Positions 48,010-58,434 of a stretch of DNA of 64,000 bases are shown here, in pieces. The notes beneath the pieces were generated by a model that was not told the DNA's origin, searched no databases, and worked only from the letters and a program-made list of their open reading frames with translations. The stretch comes from Minutocellus sp. GHC0000111 (Eukaryota), in the NCBI GenBank assembly GCA_977018835.1, contig OZ361256.1, forward strand, positions 930,001 through 994,000, in the 5' to 3' direction. Position 1 is the first letter of the stretch; each line of letters begins with the position of its first letter. Position numbers and translations under genes: made by a program.

Positions 48010-48279
48010 TCAGCTTGGCACGCTTCGACCGCGTCTTGGGAAGGCACAACTGCAAATTCCAGGAAAAGTCTCGTCTCCCTCGACGGCCCATCGTCCTTCG
48101 ACCTTGATGCAAATGTCACAAACGCCTAATTCATGACACCTCACGATGAACTCGTGAGCACTCTGACAATCCTTAAGCTTCGGAGGGAAAGTGCCGTGTT
48201 CAATAGCGTCTCTTCTTCTTGCCACCTTTGCAGATTTCTCCTCCAGATGCTTTTGTTCATTGGAAATGGCAGAGCTCAT
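48010..48279 (-). CDS. Possible small Cys/His-containing protein or gene remnant
   Basis: ATG in an AAATG context and protein-like composition; no family recognised. Confidence 0.3.
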   Translation of the reverse strand: MSSAISNEQKHLEEKSAKVARRRDAIEHGTFPPKLKDCQSAHEFIVRCHELGVCDICIKVEGRWAVEGDETFPGICSCAFPRRGRSVPS

Positions 48280-48877
48280 TTCAGTCTTATCTCACAGCAA
48301 GTACGAAGCTAGGTCGGGTAGGGGTATTCTTCTTGCTTTCCTCCCATGAGTGAGATCCTGGTATGATATCAGTAGCAATGAGAAGAATGATGGAAGCGTT
48401 GCATGAAAATCTCAAAGTGGCATTTTTAAGCGAGGTATTGTTTCCACTCAATGGACGGAAGGCCTAGCTAGCTAGTCAGGGCCCTATCATCGTCATCGGC
48501 GACTTCTTCGAGGATTGGCTGTATGCCATGTCTTTTTTGCACCTCGAGTTTTGTAGCACAAGTGGAAAACGCAGGTCTGGAATCAACCAACGCCTGTTCT
48601 CGGCGAGGAGAAAGGTGCACCACCACGCGAACGCGAGATATATCGTAAGATGCACACCAGCCGATTCCTACATATTGAAAGAAAACACGTATGGGAACAA
48701 AGTATGGCTGCAAGCGTAGCAAGAAGCCACTCTTAGATACACAGACATGTTTCTATTCTTTTTCCACATCCACAGAAAGCTTCCATGAAGTGTTTCTTTC
48801 GAATGAAAGCGAAAGATCAAGCGCCGCCATCCTCTCTTTCAGCACGTGGCACCAAGTAAGCATCATCATCATCATCA

Positions 48878-49858
48878 TCATAAGCGACTAGACGGCACTT
48901 TGCGAAAAAGAGGGGCACGTCCTTGCAAGTAGGCATCTCGGCCTTCCTTGCCTTCTTCGCTCATGTAGAATAATCTGGTCAGGTGCCCGCCCAATAACGC
49001 AACGCCTGCTCCTGGTCCATCCTCGTCGGCGTTAAGGGCTGCCTTGGTGCAGGCAATTGCGGTGGGACTGTTCATGACAATCCGTCGGACCCATCGGCCA
49101 ACTTCTCCCTCCAGAGCATCGTTTTCGTACCAATCATTGATCAGGCCCATCTCCTTGGCTTCTTCTGAGGAGTAGAAACGCGCGAGAAACCACATCTCCC
49201 GAGCTCTCTTCTGGCCAATCAATCTGGCCATATGCGTCGACCCATACCCAGCATCGAAGCTGCCCATTCTAGGCCCGGTCTGACCAAACACAGCGTCCTT
49301 TCCAGCCAACGTAATGTCGGCGAGCATGTGCAGTATGTGTCCTCCACCGATGGCATACCCTCTCACAACAGCAATGATGGGCTTGGGACAACGGCGCATC
49401 TGAATTTGCAGATCAAGTACCCGAAGACGGGGAACGGCCTCGGTTCCGTCGTCATAGCCACCCCCGGCCGAACGGACCGACTGGTCCCCACCGGCACAAA
49501 AGGCCGGGGTACGGACCGATTCGTCAATCTCGCTCGCAAACAAAATGACGGCCACCCGTACGTCGTCCTGGGCCAATTCCAGCGCCGAGCGGAACTCGTT
49601 GATGGTCGTGGGACGGAACGCATGCAGCACGTGAGGGCGATTGAAGGCAATCCGAGCGCACTGATCGGTGGTGGAGATTTTGTACGTAATGTCGGTGAAT
49701 TTGTGTTGGGTGGTAAGATCCAGATCGTAGTTGATGGGCGTGGCCGGGATGAGATGAAATCCATCTCGCTTGGGCGTCGGTGGTGCCGTCTTGGAGGCGG
49801 AGCGGGCTGCCGACATTGACGATACGTCGGCGGCTGCCCTTTGGGGTGAATTCGACAT
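48878..49858 (-). CDS. menB: 1,4-dihydroxy-2-naphthoyl-CoA synthase with C-terminal PTS1 (SRL)
   Basis: FNRPHVLHAFRP, AFCAGGDQSVR, RLRVLDLQIQMR, GYAIGGGHILH, GQTGPRMGSFDAGYG and GQKRAREMWFL. Confidence 0.95.
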   Translation of the reverse strand: MSNSPQRAAADVSSMSAARSASKTAPPTPKRDGFHLIPATPINYDLDLTTQHKFTDITYKISTTDQCARIAFNRPHVLHAFRPTTINEFRSALELAQDDVRVAVILFASEIDESVRTPAFCAGGDQSVRSAGGGYDDGTEAVPRLRVLDLQIQMRRCPKPIIAVVRGYAIGGGHILHMLADITLAGKDAVFGQTGPRMGSFDAGYGSTHMARLIGQKRAREMWFLARFYSSEEAKEMGLINDWYENDALEGEVGRWVRRIVMNSPTAIACTKAALNADEDGPGAGVALLGGHLTRLFYMSEEGKEGRDAYLQGRAPLFRKVPSSRL

Positions 49859-50835
49859 GTTTTGGGGTGACCGAATATGAGCTGTGATATGCTGGTGAAG
49901 ACGGCCTGCATGGGGATACAGCGAGGCGGTACCAATGTTGCCTACAATGCCCGAGAGGAAACGTGCGTGGCGATCGCGATCTGTGGCGGTTGTCTGGCGG
50001 TTTGCGCGTCGGTCAGGCTCTTTTGCAAAATGTCATACTTACATCACCGAAAGTAAAAAACTTTACCATTTACTATCATCACCCGGAAATGGGAAATGTA
50101 CTCATAACCCAAGCGCTTTCATCAAGGTCAATTTGCTGTTTGAGGTACGAAGACCATGAGGAGTTGCTTCCTGACTGGTGCGCACGGAGAGGATGATACG
50201 ATTGGATACCAGCTCGAGTGGATTGAAGAGGAGCTTGTGGCTTGGTGTTCATGGGTGGGCGATATCCATCGGAGTGGTCAGCGACATGACTTGAGGACCG
50301 GTCGATCTCTGAGCGTCACGTGCAGAGGGGAGGTTTCAGTCTGTATCGATACCACGCTGGTAGATTGGCGTCTCTCTGCTTGATACATGTCGCAATGCTG
50401 TGCATCATGCAGCTGCGCTCACGTGTCGTGGCTGGTGGGGTTACTGTTTGGCGATTTGCGATGCGGTTGTGGCCCCCTGCGCGCCTGCACGCCCCCGTCC
50501 TCGCGTGCTGCCTTGCCGTAATGCCCACGGACTGTACGGAAAACTGCCAGAGACCAGCAGTAGCTTGGATGTACACGGCTGCCGAGGCTCGACAGACCTG
50601 ATCCTTCGGCCCAATGTGAGGCCAACGTTTGCGCCTTGGCGCTTTCAAAGACGGCTCTTGACCGATGTTGGAGAAGGACGACGATTTCACTGGGGCATCT
50701 TTGTAGAAGGACAAATTTTCTTTTCACATTTACCGCACGCCTTCTTTTGCTCACATATTCTCTTCCTCCTTTCCGCCCCTCCTCTGACAGACGCGAATTC
50801 ATTTCAATTGATATCTAATCTAACATTTTTCCAAG

Positions 50836-51468
50836 ATGGTTAAGCACAACAACGTCATCCCCAACGTCCACTTCCACAAGAAGCACATCGGCTCCTCCCG
50901 TGGACCCCTCAAGGCCCGTCTTGCCCTCGACCAGGCCTCCAAGAAGAAGTCCCGCCGTCTCGCGCGCGCCGCCCGTGCCGCCCGCATCGCCCCCCGCCCC
51001 CTCAAGACCCTGAAGCCCATCGTCCACTGCCCCACCCAGAAGTACTCGGCCAAGACCCGTCTCGGCCGTGGCTTCACCCTTCAGGAGATCAAGGCCGCTG
51101 GCATGACCCCCAAGTACGCCCGCACCGTCGGCATCTCCGTCGACCACCGCCGTACCAACCGCTCCTCGGAGTCCCTCAACGCCAACGTCGAGCGCCTCAA
51201 GGCCTACCAGACCAAGCTCGTCGTCTTCCCCCGCAAGCGCCTCTCGGCCCCCAAGAACGGCGACGCCTCCGCCGAGGAGTGCAAGGCCGCCACCCAGCTC
51301 ACCGGCACCGTCATGCCTCTCTCCAAGCCCGCCAAGGAGATCGAGATGGCCGACGTCACCGATGAGATGAAGAGCTTCAAGGCCTACACCACCATGCGTG
51401 TGGCACGAAAGGAGACCAAGGTTGACGGATACCGCATCGCTGCTGAGAACGCCAAGAAGAAGGATTAA
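50836..51468 (+). CDS. RPL13: 60S ribosomal protein eL13
   Basis: MVKHNNVIPNVHFHK, RLGRGFTLQEIKAAG and GISVDHRRTNRSSESLNANVERLKAY. Confidence 0.98.
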   Translation: MVKHNNVIPNVHFHKKHIGSSRGPLKARLALDQASKKKSRRLARAARAARIAPRPLKTLKPIVHCPTQKYSAKTRLGRGFTLQEIKAAGMTPKYARTVGISVDHRRTNRSSESLNANVERLKAYQTKLVVFPRKRLSAPKNGDASAEECKAATQLTGTVMPLSKPAKEIEMADVTDEMKSFKAYTTMRVARKETKVDGYRIAAENAKKKD

Positions 51469-51954
51469 GTCTGATTCTGGAGCGAAGCAAATAAAAATTA
51501 TACCTTCAAAATAACAAAAAATATATGACCACCATCTAGATCTATACCCGATGGTGAGCTAGCTCAAGGGATCTAAACTATCGATGTAGTTGGACCCTGT
51601 ATTGCTCAAGCGGCATGTGCGCTTCTATAACCCTCACGAAAAAAGTGCAGCCAGCCTTTCCTCTTTCTTTTCTGGCAAAGTCGACAAGTCGAGTCAGTCC
51701 TTGTTGGTTGGCTGAAATCTAGAGAAGGATACATGCACCGTAGATATTACCGGTAGTCTAATGCTGCGATATTGTGGTATTGAGGGACATGTCTTTGCAT
51801 TCATACCGTACATGTACATACCGGTATCTCTCCGGCATTGAAATCTTATTTTAGATCTCGGTGTCTGCAGCAGTCCATGCCATGCCATTCTTCGGATAGC
51901 GACCCGGAAGTGGCGGTGCCTGCTCGCAGGTCGGCTGACGACTGACGCGACCGC

Positions 51955-54900
51955 CAAGAGCACATACCTACGAGGTCGTAGGTAACAAAAAATAGGGTGG
52001 TGCACACATGGCAGAAAGCAAGGGAAAAATTCCACCATGTTTGGCACTCTTTTTTTTGGGTGATTGTGGATGACGTTAATTTCTGGCCCAAGCGCGCATC
52101 TTTCATCTTCAACGCGCACCGCGCAAATAATACTACTACGCCATAAGCCGAAGGGCTGCTTCGTCGTGTCGCCCACATCCCCCTTCCGGCGGAACGAGCC
52201 GCCATGGCGTGCAGGTGCCCTCTTGCGTGGTGCCTGCAACAAGTACGCCGATCCGGCGGCGTCGTTGCCTAAGCAAATGGGCGATTGCTTGCCCACCGTC
52301 AGCGCGAGCTGCCGCTGCCGCCCCCTCCCGTCGTACTTATTGCCGCCAACTGGCATGTCCGGTGCTTTTGTATTGATCAACCCATCGGTTCCGGCGTGCT
52401 GCCCATCGAGATGTGAGAAACATTCTGTTCGTGAATTTATTCATGTGAGGGCATCTATGGACGGTTCTTGGCTGGGCATCATGTATTCATTCTCCCGAAT
52501 CATACTGAGTTCAGCTGGTAATGGTAGCACGGTCAACAATGGCGGCAGCCGATGTGGCCGACAAGGGACCTTGCGTCCGTATCTTGTCAGCCCCTTTTGC
52601 CGCTGGAGTCACCCGCTTTCCATTTCTTGCTTTGCTAAGTTTGTGTACAGATACGAATATGTACATTATTTTATGTGCATTTTTCAACATCTCCCTCAAA
52701 ATCTAACTTCTTCTTTGCTCCACTTGTCGCCTTCAATTTTGCTCGCAAGGCCATGTCGGCTTTATCAATCTGCTGCTCATTGTATCGTCGCGTCGCTTCT
52801 CCAGCGCGTGCATGGAAGGCTTTCTTGACAATCTTGGTGAATATTATCTTCTTTTCGCCTTCCGGTAAGTCAATATCGTTTTCTGCTTTGTTGAATAGTC
52901 CCCACAAGTCTTCGTCGCTGATGATGGTCTTGTATTCTCCTTGATTGCCTCTTTGCCGACTTCTTCGATGGTCTTTTCATTCACTAATCCCCTTGTTCTT
53001 TTCATTACCATCCTTCCAAAGGGCACATATTGGGGGGCCAGGAGGAATAGGCCACCGCGATTTCGTATCTGGTCGATTGGAGCGTAATATTTCTGTAAGT
53101 ATCCTGCGTCTTTTATTGCTTCGCGATGCAACAGTCTCATTGATTTCACATGCAGCACTGCCTTCCGATCACTGTTCTCACACGTATTTTCATCCTCGTC
53201 TTCGTTGTCTTCTTCGTAGAAGAAGCTTTCAGAGTCTTGCCACTTCTCACGATATTGATCGAGCACTTCTTTCATGGCCCAACCGACGAAGTTGGTTACT
53301 TCCGAATTCTCTTCGTCCTGGTCGATGGATCCCTTTGCGTTACCGTTGGTGGTGATAGCGGCGGTACTGGAATCACTGGGCGATGTGAAAGTATCGATGA
53401 TGGCTTCATCAAGCCAATTACTGAAAAGCCGAGCAAGATGTTGCTCCACGATGGCGGCGGCAAGATGAGACTGGGACAGAGACGCCGGCAGCAGCTTCCG
53501 CAGATCTTGAAATTTCTTGCTAGTAATGAAGTCATGCTGGTGCCACCAGAATGACTGTTTATGGCCGGACTTCTGCATGATGCTCTTGTCTAGTGATGTA
53601 AATGCTGTGAGTATCATTTGCTGGCACGCCAAATTGAAGAGCACTTCGTCTTCCTCATCTAACGATGCGATTGCTTTGAAACATTTCTCTTCTTCCGTTC
53701 CAACGCTCACTCTTGCCATTCCCTCAAATGTTTCGTCATCCAGCAGGTAGTCAGAGAAGTTGGAATCAATGTTGTATGTCGCCATCGTTTTGTGCAGACT
53801 GCGCATGCGCTCGGTGGAGCCAACCGCCGGTTGATCTCCCTCGCCATCCTCATCGTCGCAAGGAGGAAGTATCGAGATGGATGCCTCTGCCGGCTTCTTT
53901 TTCTCGTCTCGCCACGACTTTACCACCAGAGCTCGGCGATCGTCTGTGCGCCCCATCACCGACTCCAGACGATTCCATGACACTGCTACCTCCGTGGTGT
54001 CGCCTTCGTAGTTTGGGTTGGATTCGTTCATAATCTTGATGCTGTCTTGAGAGTTGATGGCTGTTATTGCGGACGGATAGTTGTGGACAGAGTCGCCGCC
54101 CAAGTATCGAATGTGTGAGAAGGTAGCTTCAAGCGATGACTGGTTGGCATGGAGGAATTTTACGTACGAGGGAGGGTTCGGTAGCAGGAAGACGAGTCGG
54201 CAGCATTGAAAGAAGCCGCAAACACCAATCCGAAGGTTTTTGTACGTGGTGGTAGAAATAAAGGACTTTTCCCACGCAGGGTTGCCTTGTTGCTTGAGCT
54301 GCAAAGAGGCGAGTCGCCAAGCCTCGAAGTACTCCAAAGCAGACCTAGTCTCTTTCTCCTTCTCGTCGATGTTGTCTGGGGTGACACTGACCTCGCCATT
54401 CAAAAAGTTTTCAAAAAAATTAGTCCCGACATGAAAGTTGTACTCTACGTGAGCCAGGTCTTGCCGTAGCTGTTGAAAGTTGGCGTCGCCTAGGACATTG
54501 GAGATTTTGCTAACGTCGCTCGCGTTGTCGGACGACGGAAAGACCGTCGTTCATCCATTTTTTCTCCCGAACGAAGCTCACCATGGTGCCCCCCGCTCTT
54601 GACCGCTGCACATTTGCAAGGTAAGACATGGGCATTCCCGAGGCTGGCCGACACCACTGCGCTGCTCATGCGAAAGTTTCAGCTTCATTGGACTGTTGTT
54701 GCATGAGAAAACATAATTCAAAACAATCAACCTGTGTTTGAGCACGCGAAAAAGGGCCGCGGATGAGAAGTGACACCAAGAGAGCCACAGTCGCCCAATC
54801 CACCCAGAATTGCAGAGATGCACGCCTGAGATGTGCATGAAAATGTTTGTTTGGTTGATTGTTGTGTGTTTGATTCGTGTCCGCCCCCGCATCGGCCGCC

Positions 54901-57108
54901 AATGAGAGCAAAATTTCGTCCGGCGTCGTCGTTTTTCTCGCGAAACTTTGCCCCCACCAAACACATGTTGTGCTTGGAATTTTTGAGCTGCGCCTTCGAT
55001 GCCACATTTCTACAGGGTGTCTAGATGTGTGGCATTTGCTCAGAATTCTCAATTCTCCCATTCATTCCAGAGATTCTTGGGGGCAAAGGTCTGCCGGACG
55101 GCGAATTTCGCGTTCTCCCATGCTTCGCCGCGTTGTTGAAACACGGTCGACGGAAAGACGAATGTCCAGTTTTCGGGTCGAGCGGCTCACCTAAAGCTGG
55201 ACCAACTCACCACACTGGCCTGGGAGAAAAACGCGCCGTGCGGGGCCTCCCTGCAAGCTGGCGAGCTGAGTTTTGAATCTCACCCAAAATGAAGCCCACC
55301 AGGTCGCCGACTGCAGCCGTCTGGTCCAGAGCCAGCTCAGCTGCATCGCCGGCAGCGTCCTTGACAGCCTCCTTGGCGAGCTCCTCCAAGAGCACTGACC
55401 TCGCCGAAGCATGGTCGCTGCCAACGTGGTCAGCAGCCGTCTTGAAGAGGTCAAGCATGACGCCGTCCTTCTCGAGGTCAAAAGCGACTTTGCAAGCATC
55501 ACTCTCCAGCTTTGTCTTGGCGTAGCGCAGGCGGTCCCTGGTGGAGCGGGCAGCTTTCCGTTGGTTCTGCTGGCGCTCCTTCAGCCTCGTCGGGGTCAGG
55601 TGCTTGATCGGAGCTCGGCTGCTGGCGCCGACCTGCTTGGCGCGATTCAGTTGCTTCCTGTTCTCCCGTCGGAGGAAGTTTTTCCTTTCAGTCGAGCACG
55701 GACCACACAAAATGCCATCCCGCTCGAATTCACCTAAGGAGACCAGCCCACACGAAGCGTCGCCGAACGACGGACAAAAATTGACCCAACTCCTTTCTCC
55801 TAGCTTAACGCTAGCAAAATGCCGATGGCTGCCCCGCAAAATACGCATTGCTGCCTGACCCTCCTTGGACGCAACAAATCCCTCTCCTTGCATGCTGTGC
55901 ATTCGCACCAGTGAAGCAGTCAAGTCGGCGGCGGATGGCAGCACCAAGCCAACCTCGTCGTACAGCCGAGGATGTTTATCAGGACTGATAGCAGAAAATG
56001 CGGTTGCACAGCCATCACACACGTCCACCGGAGCCTCGGAAGTTGCACCAATAAATATCGAACAGTCCGGGCTCCGCCATGCTCCATCCTTTTGCGTGAA
56101 AGAGAAGTATTTGGAACACACTCCACGACCAATGTCTCCAGCTTGCAGCACGCTCAACAACTGAGGATGGCCACCAATACCGGACCGACACGCATCATAG
56201 ATTGGCACTACGCCAGATCCATCGCCACCGCCAGCACCGGTGGAACCACCACTAATGCCTGTGATGTCACACGCCGGTGTAATCGGAGCGGCCGCCCCAT
56301 TGCCAACCTTCGCTTTCTTGGGGGTCTTGTGCGTTCCCAAAGGGACCGACGGATGTTGGTCCGCCTCCAAGAGCCGCTTGACGCTGGCTGCCGACCGAGA
56401 GCTTTTGCCACCGAGCACCATCATCAAGGATCGAGACTGATCGATAGTATGGTCTGGAGGCCAGAAATATTTATCATTGAACTCGTTGATGGCTTCTGCA
56501 AAACCGTGTCTCTTTGCAATCTCCGCAGGAACGGGCGTTGTCGGAAAATGGCTCTTGCCGTCTGTTTCTCCAGCAAAGTATTGAAGCGCGTCAGCAGAGA
56601 AATGATGCTTCGCAATCTCGTACCTCTCAACATCAAATTTGAATCCAGATAAAGTGAGATTCTTCTTCAGAACTGCCTGGAATTTTTTACTCTTGTCACT
56701 ATCTTTCAATCTGAACTCGAACCCGCCGCTTCTGATGTTGTTGTGAGACTCGTCGATAATGCGACGTATCTTGTCGCAATCGTCATGCCTGCACAGGCAT
56801 TTCCTGGCACCAGCAGGGGTGCCGCTGCTCATGACCGCGGCAACCAAAGGGTACACGACAGGTGATGTGCATCCGCGGTCGATGCTCGCGAAAAGAAGAA
56901 CCGATGCCGGCCAATAAGTACAATGGAGGGCAAGTTCCGACGCGTGGCGCGTGCGCGCAAAGGAGGGTTGGAAAATTCGATGTGCGCGCGCGCAAGGCGC
57001 TTGGGCCAGAATTAACGGATTCCACATTCACCCCAAAAAAAGAGTGCCGAACATGGTGAGCGCAAAAGCGCGCGCGTGGACCACCCTGTTATTTGTTATG
57101 TGCTCTTG
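51955..57108 (-). mobile_element. P-element-superfamily transposon, ~5.15 kb, defective
   Basis: Bipartite inverted termini: outer CAAGAGCACATA..ACAAA.AA.AGGGTGGT.CAC (from 51955; to 57108) and inner ~62 bp CACCATGTTYGGCACTCTTTT...CTGGCCCAAGCGC (from 52033; to 57058). A candidate 8-bp TSD GCGACCGC (51947-54) has an interrupted, imperfect right copy. Confidence 0.82.
52671..56832 (-). pseudogene. THAP/P-like transposase in two pieces (56832-55210 and ~54550-52671); central core replaced by non-coding DNA
   Basis: The N-terminal CLCRHDDC...IAKHHF...PVP segment is THAP-like. The C-part FISTTTYKNLRIGVCGFF...ANQSSLEATFSHIRYLGG matches the P-transposase SQDxLExxFxxIRxxGG motif. A frameshift lies near 52940. 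Confidence 0.75.
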
Positions 57109-57111
57109 GCG

Positions 57112-57163
57112 TACCTAGGTAGGCCTACCTAGGTACCTAGGCCTAGGTAGGCCTACCTAGGTA
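57112..57163. repeat. Run of 12 TA dinucleotides separated only by CC, GG or GGCC
   Basis: TA CC TA GG TA GGCC TA CC TA GG TA CC TA GGCC TA GG TA GGCC TA CC TA GG TA. Confidence 0.9.
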
Positions 57164-57286
57164 CCCGCGCACCATCCATCACAGTTGGACTCGCGGCAAC
57201 TTGCGAGGAAACCTTTCTTCAGCCCGCCATTATTCGACCATCGAAGGCCATCAGTCATCATCTAAACGAAGTAAAGCTACTCCACC

Positions 57287-58285
57287 ATGGCGGAAGAGTT
57301 ATCTGTTTCCGACGCAGAGAAGCAGTTTGAGGATGCCTGCGACGCGCTCCATGCAGCTGAGGCAGAGAGGGACAGATTGGTGCTGGCGCTATCCAGGCAG
57401 CAAAGGGTTGTCAAAAGGGCAGAAGAAGCGAAGAAGAAGGCATCCGATGTTCTCAATTCTCTGGGAAGCGACCCTACTTCTTCGGAGGATGTCGGTGCAG
57501 CACATGGTGATAATGATGATGATGAAGAAGAAGAAGAAGAAGAAGACCATACAAGGAGCAACATCCAAGTTGGCAGGACGATTGTCGGAAAGGATTTTTT
57601 GCTTCCACAAGGCGACGAGACAAAGTTATTTCGCGGTGTCATCATCGCCGAACTCGAAGATCAATACCGCGTTCTCTACGGAGATGGTGAGGAGGGATAT
57701 CTTGAAGTGAATGAGATCGATGACTACATTTTAGCCGATTTACCTACCGAGGAAGCGGCAGCTGTGCGGGCTCAGGTCGCCAAGCATCGCCAACGAAAGA
57801 GAGCGGCTACTTCCATCACACCGTCCCCTCCAGCAAAGAAGAAGAAGACGAAAAGGGCGAATCCAGGGAGGGCCTCCAGCAAAACCTCAACTCCTCGCCC
57901 TCGCAAGCTCAACCTCAATCCCGAGAACGAGTGGGAAAGGGACATGCTTCACTGGTTGCTTAACGTACCCCACGGGTCTTCACAGAAGACATGCTCCCAA
58001 GCCAACGCTCAACAGGTGATTAGACAGGCTCGCAAGCTACTTTCTGGATCTGGAATCCCGTACAAACATTGGCCGGAGGGCGTTGCGTTTGCCAAGGATG
58101 AGGACATCACTTTGGACGAAACGGACTTTGACCATCTCCACAAGAGGGCAAAGGCCTTTGAGCAGGAGTACGGCCGGGACAAAGGCAATGGTTGGCTTCT
58201 ACAGCATCCCATCCACAAGCTCAAGCTGTACCAGGAATATCGCAGCGAGAAGGTAGGACAGGAGGAAGAGGGGGCTAGTATTTGA
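57287..58285 (+). CDS. Coiled-coil and Tudor-like domain protein with a globular C-terminal domain of unknown function
   Basis: VGKDF...LFRGVII...YRVLYGDGEEGYLEVNEI is Tudor-like. The NLS-like PAKKKKTKR and aromatic-rich C-domain (YKHW...GRDKGNGWLLQHPI) follow. Confidence 0.7.
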   Translation: MAEELSVSDAEKQFEDACDALHAAEAERDRLVLALSRQQRVVKRAEEAKKKASDVLNSLGSDPTSSEDVGAAHGDNDDDEEEEEEEDHTRSNIQVGRTIVGKDFLLPQGDETKLFRGVIIAELEDQYRVLYGDGEEGYLEVNEIDDYILADLPTEEAAAVRAQVAKHRQRKRAATSITPSPPAKKKKTKRANPGRASSKTSTPRPRKLNLNPENEWERDMLHWLLNVPHGSSQKTCSQANAQQVIRQARKLLSGSGIPYKHWPEGVAFAKDEDITLDETDFDHLHKRAKAFEQEYGRDKGNGWLLQHPIHKLKLYQEYRSEKVGQEEEGASI

Positions 58286-58434
58286 TTCATCAAGTTATCA
58301 GGCTTACATTCGATGTGCCTCGTAGTAAGGCGATTGACGTTGGTAAGATTTGTTTGATGTATGCTCTAAATCGCTACACGTACACTACTACATGTACCAT
58401 TTTGGAAAGATAAATTTAAGCGTAAATAACCATT

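Noticed and set aside
52033..57058. CACCATG as the true termini of the large element
   Set aside because: There is no TSD at those positions, and inverted similarity resumes further out to CAAGAG/CTCTTG.
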